A stretch of 57,486 nt of DNA, counting the filler, from Sphacelaria rigidula (lineage: Eukaryota): assembly GCA_964200075.2 (NCBI GenBank). It is 6 parts of 6 records of this genome, joined end to end, with 100 filler letters (N's around TTAATTAATTAA, not from the genome) between each part and the next. Parts side by side here need not be neighbours in the genome. Positions count along the whole stretch, not along the records: positions 9,600 to 19,098 come from CAXNAA020008352.1; positions 19,199 to 28,697 come from CAXNAA020008353.1; 4 more parts are not named here. One strand, 5' to 3'. The position numbers and the translations under genes are program-made. Below are positions 12,332 through 24,960 of the stretch, in pieces. The notes below the pieces were generated by a model, which worked only from the letters and a program-made list of their open reading frames with translations, searched no databases and was not told where the DNA came from. Positions within the stretch are counted from its first letter, which is position 1, and every line of letters begins with the position of its first letter.

Positions 12332-14330
12332 TAATGGGCGCGCCTGACCCCCCAAAATGGGCAAAAAAAGTGCCACCGACCAATATCACGAACAGACCGA
12401 CTTCTGGGGCTTATCCAGGCTCGTGGAGTAAAATGCGCCTTACATCATCGGAAGAGAACGGCAAAGATCCAAGAATTCATATCGACAAAAAGTAGACTGC
12501 CATCTAAAATCAGAACCCTACCGTTATTTCCGTTGTTCGTCATATATTACATGCCACTGCGTCGCCTTTCGTCCGCACTTGCGATACCCCGGCATGCAAG
12601 GAGGTTGACTGGGTTGAACCGACCCAGATCGCACCGAGCACACTCGGGCAAGGGCGGTACATACATTCCCTGAAGAAAGTGCGGCCTTGGTAGCCCCCAA
12701 ATCGGCTTCTGTGGCGCCGATTTCAGCGAAAACGCGTTGTGCGCACCCGAGGACCAGACGAAATCGTCAGCCGTACTCAATTTCCGATTCTCGTTGTAAC
12801 ACTCAAATCAAGTAATATCAACCATGGACATTTGTAGCCCAACGCCAGTAACTGAAACCAGCAAGCTGAACCATTTTTGGGAGGGGGTGCGGATCGAAAC
12901 TGGGACAAAATGAGCCATATATGCTGATGAACTTCAACGGGGACGGTCCTTACACAGACGAGTGGAGTACAATTAGTCACCGGGTGTGATATGTGGGCTG
13001 GGCGGGTGTTGGTCCACAACCTCGTCATGTTTCGAGGAACTTGATTTATCGGCTGCCATCATTCCACAGTTTTTGTCGAATGAACGACTCGCCTTGTGCG
13101 AGTATATTTGTTCCGTGGGCATGGCTTTTCATTTCATGAATATGATATCAATTAACCATTTGACCGCGACGGTTGGTCACATGTTGAATCGGCATCATTT
13201 TTCACTTGAAAAAAGTATACATGGTCCAGATGGACTACCCTCGCGTTCTAGGGGTTCAAACAAACGGTCGTCCATCACCCACCACTGCCGATACAAGAGA
13301 TGCGTGTCTTAGGACGGGTGGGTCCACTGAAATACATGATTGGGGCTTCGGTGCCATGTGGCTTCAGCGAAAGTGGGCCGAGGACTCAATGCTGTCTGTT
13401 GTGTCGTCTTGGCGCAGTATACTTTCCCATTCGGGACCGTGAGTTGGTCAATCTTGGTCTTGATGTGAAAACCGAAATCCGGATCTTTCATGGGGGCTGT
13501 GCTCCTAGCATTCTCCTAGTGTCCCAGAACGCGTTCTTGTCTAAATCGGCGCCTGGAGCGCCGATTTGAGGTCTGGCAACGCACCCTTCGCCTACGAAAC
13601 ACGTTGCATCCACCTTGCCCGATGGTTCGCGGTACGCCTTCGTTAGGGCCAGTGTTAAAATTTGTTCTCTGCGCTGCTGCGAGGTCGCGAAGATGATTCT
13701 TGCTTCTGGGGGCTCGGTCGAAGGTTCAAATTCTACAACACACCACATATCCGATGTATCAATCATCTGCACTAACAAGAATCATTCATGGGTGTCATCT
13801 ATTCCGGGGCCGGTAGACAGGGGTGAAGTTTTCGCGTATGTGGAGACCGGCGAGGGTTGGAGGTGCGTGTTTGCTATCACAGCCCAATCTGTCTCAAGAG
13901 AATACTCATCGCCAGGGCCATCGATTGGGATGCAACTTTTTGTATTATCTGCGCCAAGACGACAGCTACAATTGTACCGGATGATTGTTTAAATTTCATC
14001 AGGATGCCAGTTTTATAACGAATTAAGTGAAAAAAATATATATATATTTTTTTTCGATTTTCTTCATCACCGTAACGTCTGAGGTAAAACTAACCGGTAC
14101 AATTGTAGCTTGGACAAATACACGCCGGTGAGTAGCCGAGCCACGCCGTGGTTCGTCCTCCGGAACAAGAAAACTTCTGAAGTGTGAATGGAAACCCTAC
14201 TCAAATCAAAAGTACTTTGAAGGATTTTGCGGCGTGCATAGTCAGAGGATGAACGACATCTCCGGTCTGCTCGTGCTTTTGGTCGGTGACACTTTTTGGG
14301 CTCAATTGGGGGGGTCAGGCGCGCCCATAA
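12332..14330. mobile_element. Non-autonomous TIR DNA transposon (~2.0 kb), copy 1, in IspE intron
   Basis: Imperfect TIRs of at least 50 bp (TAATGGGCGCGCCTGACCCCCC... / ...GGGGGGTCAGGCGCGCCCATAA) flanked by CAG on both sides. Colinear with 21854-23925. Confidence 0.88.
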
Positions 14331-14807
14331 CAGTCCACCGTATGGGGCTGTGCTTTTCAGTGGCGCTCGTGCCTTACTGGGCGAGCAACACGAAAATGCG
14401 CATAAAGTGTTGCTTCGTTTTCCCACTAAACCGCACTTTGACGCAGCAGTCCGAAAACAGACAAGGTTGCTTCATTTCACGGTTGGTTGAATCAAAGCCA
14501 AGCACACAATCAACCAGCTGCTTGAGAGCGACGCTGTGGGCTATCGAGCTTCGTGTCGCGCGCAGTGTATCTCGTGATCAACCTGTGAACAGCTTTGAAG
14601 TGAGGGGTGAAATCCGTCGTGGTTCGTAAGATATATGTCCGTTTTTTTGCTGTGCTTTGTGAAATTCACCTCGACTCAAAATGAGTGACAACGAGTAGAA
14701 TGGACTAGGCCCTGCTTTTTTGCTTGCCATTTTTTTCGAGACATCCCTTGCTGTGCCCCATGAACAACGCTCACCAGGTGCTAATTCGCTACCTGCCGAT
14801 TGTGCAG

Positions 14808-15015
14808 GGTATGGCTTGTGAAACCGAGGGGGGGCCTGAGCACACCTGTCGTTTTCCGACATCTTGACTACGACCTACTGTCTTCAAAGGACCCGGAACA
14901 ACTACTGCGGAAATTTATTCAACACGGGGTAACTGATGCCGAGTATGTGAACGACCTGGAGTTGCCAGCGTTTAGGGCAATGCCATCATTGCAGCAGATG
15001 AAAGTCGAGTTGGAG
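14808..15015 (+). CDS. ispE: IspE next exon; remaining exons not found on this scaffold
   Basis: CTAAT branch site, TGCAG acceptor, GTGAGA donor. Phase matches the previous exon (AG|G = Arg). VWLVKPRGGLSTPVVF...YVNDLELPAF fits the IspE KP..ST and NDLE motifs. Confidence 0.9.
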
Positions 15016-16747
15016 GTGAGATCGAAGAGCAGCTGCCCACACGAATCCAAACTGGTACACGTGCCCTGTTCGTGTGTTCGTTTCCTCAGAGACATGCAAA
15101 ACCTACCACGAGTTCGGTTTGTCAAGAGGCTGGCGCAGATCGAGCAAACCAGGGGCTTATTATTCTGTAGTCATGAACTGCACGAATCAATCACTCGACT
15201 GGCGCGATGATTATTGTCCTACAAGTGTAGCACTCGAGGTTCGAACGGAATGTTCCATGCGCATGTAGTTCAAATCAATCATTCATGAGGCATGAATCGA
15301 TTTCCATTTTAAGTCAACAGCCGATAACCCCTTCAAAGATGAAAACGGAGGAAGCGTCCGCATCTCTACCAAGCGCATTTTATTCGTTGCGTAAGCCGAG
15401 CTTCGTACCTACGACCATTCAACGAGGTGGAGAATGACTCCATAGTATACAGTTGCGCACGCGTCGAAACGCACGCGCACGTGACTCCTGTGTAATGTCC
15501 GTTACGTAACATATGTAACTGTGGACGTCAAAATAATGCCATGCTTTGTGCTTGGTCGGGGCATATGCCAAAAACTATACGTGAAAATAAGCATATTCCA
15601 CAGGCTACGGCCCGCCGCGCTTGGGCACTCTCGTTGGGATATACCGCGGAGAGGGTTGCTCAGATGAATATGGATATGATGATGAGTTGTTGAATAGTGA
15701 AATTGTCGTCTGTTTCATACAAAACGTGCAACAGCAACCACGTGACATGAATACGTCACCGCTTGTCGGGCAGACTACAGAATGTACAACACTGTTCCGT
15801 GCATCAGAGCATCGACCAAGCTGCGGCGGGTGCACGCACATGATGCATGATTCGCTGTCTGTGCCATGGGGTATTTAACGCGACGGCGTGAAATCAAGAC
15901 TTTTAAACTTTGGGCGAAACGAAACGGATCGAGCACAAGTCAAACCGATGTTTCCCACTCGTCATTTGTAGATTTTCAACCAAACACGCATATCTTCTCA
16001 CGTGTGATTCCCACAAGAACAGCGATTCACACATAATCCCCACCTGCCATTGCGTGGCACAATTCTTTGGCACAGCTGGTTCACCAATTCCCCTGTCATT
16101 CGTACGGGTGAAGCGTGGGCCGTTTTTTAAGCCCCGAAGAACCGGACATATGTGAGACCGAGATACGTCGAAGATTTTGCCCGTTTGAAAGTGGACACCT
16201 CTGGGCTGACGGTTTCGACTCGATGTTTTTGCATACAGGTATGGTTGACACGCTCTCATTTTTATCCAATGCTGTCACTAAAATAAGGGATTGTCAGACC
16301 TGCTCTCCCTGGAAAGTTCGGAAATGGTAGGCATTTTTGGTCACTTTGCTATGCCTGCTATAGATGCACACAAGTGCAACGAAGGTGAGTACAGACAGCC
16401 ACGAGTACAACCACGAAGTAGCCGGTAGTACACCCTCACTCAGTAGTCTTCCAGCGTACAGTCACCGTAATCAGCACTCGGCAATACCGCTTCATGTACA
16501 CTGTACAGTAACAATGAACACAACCTAAGTGGTGGTGGGCTGGTGCTTTTCTGCCTTGTGGTACCCTCATATATGCCGCAGCCATGAGCTGAGCTCTGTA
16601 CACTTTTGGGTGACACTCATCCCTGTTTTGCAGCTTCACTCTTTTGTTTTCGGCATGACGTCGACAGCTTCATCTCTGCACAGACGATGCAACAGACGAC
16701 ACATTGAACGGCATGGCATATGCATGGCTTCTATATGTGGCCTCGTG

Positions 16748-17105
16748 GCCAGTCGCCCCGGTGGCTCAGTTGGTAACCTCAAAACCCACTTACGGTTGGA
16801 TAGTGGGTTCAAATCTCGTCGAAGTCACACGATGTGGGATTTTTTTTCTCGCACCCTGCGTAACAGTGGAGAGCGACAATGTCGTGTCTACACAAAACTC
16901 AACCTCACGGTCGACGAAGGAAAGGGGCCGCTGAACCCCCCTCGCGATAAAAAATAAGGCAAGCAGCGCACAAGGAAGGTGAAAACGAAAGAAAAAGAGA
17001 AAAAAAACTCGTGTGTTGACCTTCCTTCTGTGTAACCCCGGCTGATGCACCCACATGTACCGATGTAGACTGGCGTGCACAACAGAGGGGATGAAAAATA
17101 CACAC
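16748..17105 (+). mobile_element. tRNA-derived SINE, near full-length copy
   Basis: A box TGGCTCAGTTGG and B box GGTTCAAATCT, followed by a ~280-bp shared body and a CA-rich end. Confidence 0.8.
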
Positions 17106-17479
17106 CGTCCTACTGTACTCGCTGTCAAGACCCCGGATAAATTTTAACAAACATGCATTGATGTGCAAATACCTACATGACTCGAGCCACGGGCAGCATG
17201 TGTATATGATGAAGGAAAGAAACATGTCTGGTCTAAACCGAAGATTGGCTGTTGACTCAGCTGATGGGTGTGCAAGTGGGAGAATGAAAAACATAACACA
17301 GCGCTCCACGACTCATTTACCCGTGACAGGATACCGCATCGTGTACAACAAATCGTGCTTTGGGCGCTTTGCAAACTCGGAGAGCAGGGCGCTTGCCTAC
17401 ATGGCTGTTGTTGCCATCCATTGTGCAAAATGCAGGCTGCTGCGTAGAACAATAAAGAGAACCATTCGGCAGTGCCCCT

Positions 17480-18600
17480 GATGCCGCTTCAGTGAGCCAG
17501 GAGACAAAATTCCACGCGAACATTCCTCAAGGCGAGCCCGATATCGCCAGTGTCGAGGTGGTCGGAAGTTGGTCGATTTCATCGATTTATTTGGATCCCG
17601 GTCATATTCGGCAGCTCATGACTGCTAAGAACCTGTGAGACCGACCGAAGCTCCAACTATCTCGAAACTGGCGCCTTTGGGCATGCCTTCAGGAACTCGT
17701 ATGAAAATGAATACTTCCTTACTCTGTCGTATGTTGATTCATATTTCCTAACTCTTGAAAACGGCGCGACATTTTGAGCGGACGTGACTTATTTCGAGAA
17801 TCTGGGGTTCCTAGCCACTTCCTGCGGCTTATGACCCCAAGAAACCGCTTAGATCGATCGAAAATCCGACCACCCAGACACTGGCGGCCTTGGGCTCGCC
17901 TTCAGAAACACGTGCGTGAAAAGTCCGTCTCCTAACCATCAAAACCGACGAGAGAATTTAACGAGACTGAAATTGTTCCAACAATCTGGGGTTCTCGGCC
18001 GCTCTCGGACGTATTAGACTGGAAGAAGCTGGTTAAACCGACCGTAATTCCAACTAACCAAACATTAGCGACCTCGGAGTGTCCTCTGCAAAGATCTGAG
18101 TTAACTTTCGTCTTCGATCTCTCAAAACCGGCGTGAGGATTTCAGCAAACATGGCATCGCTGCGAAAAAACGCACCTCCGGCGGCTATGACCCCAGCACA
18201 TGAACTATGGTTACCGAAGCTCCGACCAACCAGGAGCCGCCCCCCTCGGGCTTGGCTCATCTGTCTGAGATTGTGTTCCCCAGCTTTCAAAGCCGGCGCG
18301 AGGGTTTCAGTAAGTGCGAAATTGTTCCGAGAATATGGACTCAGCAGCTTGTTAACCCAAGAAACCGGTGAAATCGGCCGGAAGTTTGACCACTTCGACA
18401 TTGGTGACCTCAGCCTTGCCTTCAGGAACACGTGTGTGAACTTCCGTCTTTTAGTTATCAAAAACGGCATGAAGTGTTAAGGAATGTGGAATTGTTTCAA
18501 GAATCCGAACTTGAGGCAGCTCATGACCCCAAGCGAGAGAATAAACACCCAGACACCAGTGACCTTGGCCTTCATTCAGGAACATGTGCAAGAATTTTTG
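17480..18600. repeat. Diverged tandem repeat, ~165-185-bp unit, about 6 copies
   Basis: Recurrent GCCTTCAGGAAC, AAAA(C)CGGCG (near 17759, 17941, 18124, 18287, 18461), AATTGTTCC and ATGACCCCA blocks at regular spacing. Confidence 0.75.
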
Positions 18601-19098
18601 CGACAAGACTCTCATAAACGGCCTGGGGCATGGGGCGAACGGGCATCTGTTCAGAGATTGTAGGGCATATGGTAGGGTTGCGGCGAGGAACTGGTACTCC
18701 TCAACTGTAAGTTACGTATGCTCATGTCCTCTTTGCTTCTCAACTTCTGTGTTGGCTGCGATTCACGCTCCGCCCTCATCGAGGGTTTCCCGTGGATTCA
18801 TGTACGAGAATACGACCCGAAAATAGCAGCGTAGCGGGTCATTGGAGACTAGCCCACACTAAATCCCATGAACTTGAAGCGTCTGCTTCGCACGCCGCTG
18901 GCGCCCGACCACGCGCCGGCACTGACGATGAGGCCACGTCATGTTTCCCTCCACATACTGAGGAGGGTGAATATTTTGGCTTCATCCGCTTCATGTAGAA
19001 AAGTCGTTTGCTCCCCCCCAACTAGTTAGACACCCATGAGGCAATGTAAAAGCTGTGGCTGTCTCTGGAAGTGGCAATACCACAGAATAAAGCAACTC

Positions 19099-19198
19099 NN
19101 NNNNNNNNNNNNNNNNNNNNNNNNNNNNNNNNNNNNNNNNNNTTAATTAATTAANNNNNNNNNNNNNNNNNNNNNNNNNNNNNNNNNNNNNNNNNNNN
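19099..19198. other. Artificial scaffold linker
   Basis: N44-TTAATTAATTAA-N44. Confidence 0.98.
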
Positions 19199-19265
19199 AT
19201 CGAATCCCCCTACTCAACCATCAGAAGGTTACGAGGTTACCAACTGAGCCACCGGGGCAACCGGC
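19199..19265 (-). mobile_element. SINE tRNA-like head, cut by scaffold end
   Basis: Reverse complement reads GCCGGTTGCCCCGGTGGCTCAGTTGGTAACCTCGTAACCTTCTGATGGTTGAG, nearly identical to 28627-28697. Confidence 0.8.
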
Positions 19266-19411
19266 TAGTGACAGTGAGCCAATCCATCCATCGATGAATC
19301 AATCACACGTCATCCTCATTTGTTCACTTTCTGTACAGTTATTTCTGTTCCCCCCAGCCCCAACGGTATCACAGTATTCCCATCAGAATTGCCCTCATTT
19401 GGTGTTGATGG

Positions 19412-19644
19412 TTGATTTTGATTTGATTGTCGCACTTTAACTGACCCCCCTGGGATCCAGCTGTGGTCTCATGATAGACATACCCAAGAAAAACAAAACT
19501 GAAACACGCTCTGAGAAAAAGAAGGAACAGAAGAAAAAAAAAGGGGTCGAACAAAACGACGTAGCAGACTAAGTCGTAACAAAAAAATAAGGTTATAGAA
19601 AAGTCAACACAAGCAAAGCACAAAAAGAAATGGCCGACCTAAAA
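19412..19644 (-). mobile_element. Non-LTR 3' end with TCAA-type tail
   Basis: Reverse-complement homologue of 4768-4995. Confidence 0.7.
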
Positions 19645-21055
19645 CAAAGTTGATGTGTTGGCGTTTCCCAGGTGTTTGATGTGTGGTGGCCGCGGCTGCG
19701 CGGCGTGTTCCGTGCGACTTCGGCGAGGTGTCCCGCGCCCATTCGGAAATAGTTCTGCAGCACGTGCGCGAACATTTGAGACATTCATATTCCCGACGAC
19801 TGAGTCTGTCATGTTGATGGGAAGTAACCACCGGAGGGCCGGCAAGAGTGTGGCGATCAACCGACAATGCCTTAGCAGCAAGTGCTCGTGTACGTTGTGT
19901 GTGCTCAGACCCCGGAGACCAAGTTATGATTCCGAGGCCCCCACCTGTGCAGATGCCTCTCTCACACTGATTCACTTCAGTGGCGGCTGGATAGTTTTCG
20001 GTCGTATTTTTCTTGAGTTCGAATTTCCACGGGACCCTGGTCGGGGCACGGGTTCAATATCGCACACTTTGTCAACCTGAGGTCGCTACGTACGAAATGT
20101 GCCGTCCTCACTCATGGCGATTGCCTGTTGTATGCCGTTCGCGAGTCGACGGGTTGGGATTACATGTTGTAATCACGACGACGATCGGAGACAGATTCGA
20201 GAGAAATAAAAAAGATAAAAACGCGGTATTTTTTATCGCTATTTTGTGTTGCGACTGCCCCAACTCCGCACCTATGCAATCCTTGGGTGAGTTTTGGTTA
20301 TATCTCATTTGTGTTTCTGAGCGCGAGTTCAATCCTCGACACAAGAGGCGGGACCATCGACTTCAAATTTTCGCGAAATAACGATGTAATAGATACCCCC
20401 CCGCAGGCCACGGATGGAGCATCCATAAGCTTCGATTTTTTCAGTAGAATAAACGGAACCGGTTTCTCAGGACGGCGATAGCCGGCTTGGGCTTTCCCAA
20501 TTCAAGGCCTATCCGCAAAAGACAATATGTACAGTTTTGCGCCTGACACCGCAGCGATGCATTCTCGAGCATTTCACAAGAAAACCTCCGAGTCGATTTC
20601 CCACGATGAGAGACAAACGCCCTTAACACGGCCGTCGTAATTTGGCGCCGGATTACATTTCCACCGGAGTACTGCACAGGCAACAGCTGCAGGATACAAA
20701 GGCCTCAGTCAAGACGTACCAGAAAATGATCCGCATATTCGACGTGAAACATGCGCACATCGGAGACACAGTATTTGGTAGTCGCCACGCAATGGCTGAA
20801 CATCTTCGAAGGTGAGGCGGACGCGCACCGGCGGCGTCCCCCCCCCCCCGTCACTGTAGATGTCGCAGAAGTCGATCTCTGAAGGTGCTGGTTAATGATT
20901 GATTTCTGCGTCTGAACCCATCGCATCTCGACCGATTCACGTCAGATACAGACATGGGGACACGGCAGGCCTTCCGCAGGAAACGACGATACGAAAGCAC
21001 TCGGATACTAAAACCGAACGAAACGAAAAGGTTGGACAGAAAAACGGCTTTCATT

Positions 21056-24000
21056 CCAATTTCACAAAGTGAAAAGTTGGTTTCTGCTGCGGGTGAAAAT
21101 TCGACCAAGAGGTTTTTTGCGACTCCGTTTTTGCGCCGTGATTCTTGCGATCGGACCCTTGCGATAGTCTTTTTGCTCGATTTTTCTAGTCTAAAACCCT
21201 TATCGATTTCGGTTTGGGGGGGATAACTTCGCCAAACGGACACCAGACGCATACTGCTCCAAGGGGCACCTGGACACACAGCAGTTGCCGCTGTCTACCT
21301 AGTATGATCCAAATCGAAGTCCTGAGTTAGAACCCCCAGCGTTTGGTGTTCATGTACAAGAAAGGGTGATATTCATCTATCTAGTATCATGCTCCAAAAC
21401 GTACCTAATAAGGGGGCAACCAACACCCCCGTACAGACAGTAGCAATGCTAGCGGATCCTACGTCCTGAGAGTCTGTGACAGCCTGGCAGCCGGCAAGGT
21501 GGTTATGGCAGTGTCCTTCTAGCGATGTCAACGTACAGAGCACTGGAGCATAGTTGACAGGTGAATATTTCGGCGATTGCGCCTCGCTGCAACAGGGACA
21601 GCTTTACAAAATGTGACGTGGCGATATACTGTAGCGCGTGACGTGATATCCCGCCTGCAAGTTTGCCGCAGATACAAGCGGCTGCGTTCATGACGTGGCG
21701 AACTGCATAGGACAACGCGAAATCAATACAGGACAGGAATAGGCTAAGGATGTCACGTCCTTCGGTGTCGGTGTACTTTGTCACCCTGCACCCTACCCCT
21801 GTGCAGAGAGCGGGTAGTACCGTCGAATGCCTCACGATGCGGTTGGTACACAGTTATGGGCGCGCCTCACCCCCCAAAATGGACAAAAAAAGTGTCACCG
21901 ACCCAAAGCACGAACAGACACGAATAGACCGACTTCTGGGGCTTATCCAGGCTCGTGGGGTAAAATGTGCCTGACGTCATCGGAAGAGAACGACATGGAT
22001 TCAAAAGTCATGTCGAGAAAGAGTTTACTGCATTCAAAAATCAGAACCCTACCGTTATTTCGTTTTTGTTCCTCATATACTACATGCCACTGGGTCGCTT
22101 TTCGTCCGCGCTCGCGATACCCTGGCATGCAAAGAGGCTGGTTGGATTGAACCAAACCCAACGCACACTGAGAACACTCGGGCAAGGGCGGTACGCACAT
22201 TCCCTGCAGAAAGTGAGGCCTTGGTAGACCCCAAATCGGCGGCTGTGGCACCGATTCCATTGAAAACGTGTTGTGCGCAGGCGAGGAGCACACGGGACCG
22301 TCAGCCCTACTAAAATTCCAATTCTCGTTGTACGCACTCAAATCAAGTGATATCAACCATGAACACTTGTAGCCTAACACCGGAAACTGAAACCAGGAAG
22401 CTGAATCATTGTTTTGGAGGGATGCGGATCAAAGTTGACTCAAGATGATGTGCTCGACATGCGACAAAGCCATATGCACTGATGAACTTCAACGAGGACG
22501 GCCCTTACACAGACGAGTGGAGTACAAATAGTCACCGGGTGTGTAATGTGGGCTGGGCGGGTGTTGGTCCACTACCTCGTCATGGTTTGAGGAGCTTGAT
22601 TTATCGGTTGCAACGATTCCACAGCTTTTGTCAGACGAATGACTCGCGTTGTGCGAGTGTATTTGTTGTTCCGTGGGTATGGTTTTTCATTTGATTAGTA
22701 TGATATTAATTAGCTCTTTGGCCGCCACGGTTGGTCACATGTTGAATCGGCATCATTTTTCACTTGAAAAAAGTATGCATGGTCCAGATGGACTACCCTT
22801 GCGGTCTAGACTCCAAAGATATTGTGTTGCAAGAGGGAATGAGAACAAACGGTCGTCTGTTACTCACCAGTACCGATACAACAGATGCGTGTCCTAGGAC
22901 TGGTGGGTTCACTGAAAGATATGAACCTTCGGTGCCATGTGGCTTTAACGAAAGTGGGCGGACGACTTTATGCTGTTTTTTGGGTCGTCTTGACGCAATA
23001 TTCTTTACCATTTAGGGGATTGAGTTGGTTCATTTTGACCTTCGTGTGGAAACTGAAATCTGGATCGCTCATGGGGGCTGTGCTCCTAGCATACCCAAAA
23101 CGCGCTTTTGTCTGAATCGGCGCCTAGGGCGCCGATTTGAGCTCTGGCAACGCACTCTTTGCCCAGGCAACGCGTTGCACCCCCCATGCCCGAGGGTTCT
23201 CGGTATGCCTTCGTTGTGGTTAGGGTCAGAGCCAGTGTTATAATTCGTTCTCTCCGCTGCTGCGAGGTCGCGAACATGATTCTAGCTTCTGGGCGTTCGG
23301 TCGGAGGTTCAAATTCTACACCTGTCGAACATTACACATATCTGATGTATCAACCATCTGTACTATCAAGAGTCATTCATGGGTGTCATGTGTCATGTAT
23401 TCTGAGGTCGTTAGACAGGGGTGAGGTTTTCGCGTTTTGTGGAAACCGGCGAAGGTTGGAGGCGTGTGTTTGCGATCATAGCCCATTCTTTTGAAAAAAA
23501 TACTCATTGCCACGGCCATTGATTAGGATGCGACTTTTTGCATCTTCTGCGCCAAGACGACAGCTACAATTGTACCGGATGAATTGTTTTTATTTCATCA
23601 GGATGCGAGTTTTATGACGAATTAAGCAAAAAAAACATGGGTTTTTTGCGATTTTCTCGATCACCCTAACTTCTGTGGGAAAACCATTCGGTCCGATGGT
23701 AGCTTGGACAAATACACGCCGGTGAGTAGCCGAGCCACGCCGTTGTCCGTACTCCGAAACGAGAAAATTTTGAGATCGTGAAATGGAAACCCTACGCATA
23801 TCAAAAGTACTTTGAGGGATTTTACGGCGTGCATAGTCAGGGGATGAACGAGATCTCCGGTCTGTTCATGCATTTGGCCGGTGACACTGTTCAGGCTCAT
23901 TTGGGTGGGTCAGGTGCGCCCATAACAGTAGTATCGGCTCCACACCCGTAGGGTTACCTCTGCATTGAATTAAATAAAACGCATTGAACTTAATTACACG

Positions 24001-24960
24001 CGCGGAGAGCGTTATGTTCGAGCAGCACGCGCGCTAGCGTTTTCCGTGTTGTCGACATCGTGCCAGCGCGCTTGTGCCTAAAGCGCTGTACTCCCCTGTG
24101 GCAGCCCGTCACGGTAGTGCTCCTCATGTTTCATCACGCTTTATTCGAAAACACGCAGAAGAGATGCCAGCGAGTCCATCGTTGTTGCATTTGGATTCTG
24201 GTGAACCAGTTGTTTTTCGATAGAACCCCAGCATGCTGTGTTGTTGTTGTACCAAATACTGTAGTATACTGTACCAGTTCAAAAACGGATACTGTATGCA
24301 TGATGTATAGGCCATTGACATGCTCTGGTTATCATGGACTGTGTACGAGGCGCAGGGAGCGCAGTTTTTGTCAGGGAATGCTAGGACGCAACCATTCTAC
24401 AGTACGGGCAGTATGAAACACGTTATTCGAACGAGACACAAGACGAAACATTTGCATTATGCTAAATACCTGGGCGTTTTGGTACGGAAACGAGTCCACC
24501 AGTCCCTCCACTGCCTACCGTACGAAGATAGCAAGCGACGAATCAATGATTCGTCCGGAAATTAATCGATTTTTAGTGTAATTGATTCGCACCGTATGAA
24601 TCAATCCTTCGGCTTTGTTTTCAGCGTTGCAACCCAGGTACGCGTAGCCCAGGCACGTGGAATGGTGCGAAAGTTGCGTGGAGACCCATCAGCGGTCGAC
24701 TTTTTTTTTTCTTTCGATCAATTAGGCCTAAGAAATCGTGGATTTGGTGATTCAAATCGGTGATGATTCGTCCGAACCATGGAAGGTAGATAACACGTGA
24801 AAATAACAAAATAAGTTACGGGCAGCCCTTTTCACTTTAGAGTAGAACGGCCCAGCCGAGACGACTCCGGTTTCACCGCCGAAGTCCGAGACGGCAACGT
24901 CACGAACACCGGAATAAATTGAAATTGGAAGCGCCCTGGACACAGCGCAATCTATTGATG
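21056..24960 (+). repeat. Large dispersed composite repeat (host of TIR copy 2)
   Basis: 21056-21850 and 23926-24960 align colinearly with 44892-47105. Confidence 0.85.
21854..23925. mobile_element. Non-autonomous TIR DNA transposon (~2.07 kb), copy 2
   Basis: TTATGGGCGC...GCGCCCATAA termini with CAG on both sides. Empty sites are present at 46080-46082 and 39666-39668 (minus strand). Confidence 0.92.

Noticed and set aside
19050..19090. AVSGSG as the missing IspE MSGSG exon
   Set aside because: A stop follows within a few codons, and the same DNA occurs inverted at about 28995-29055, so it is a repeat.
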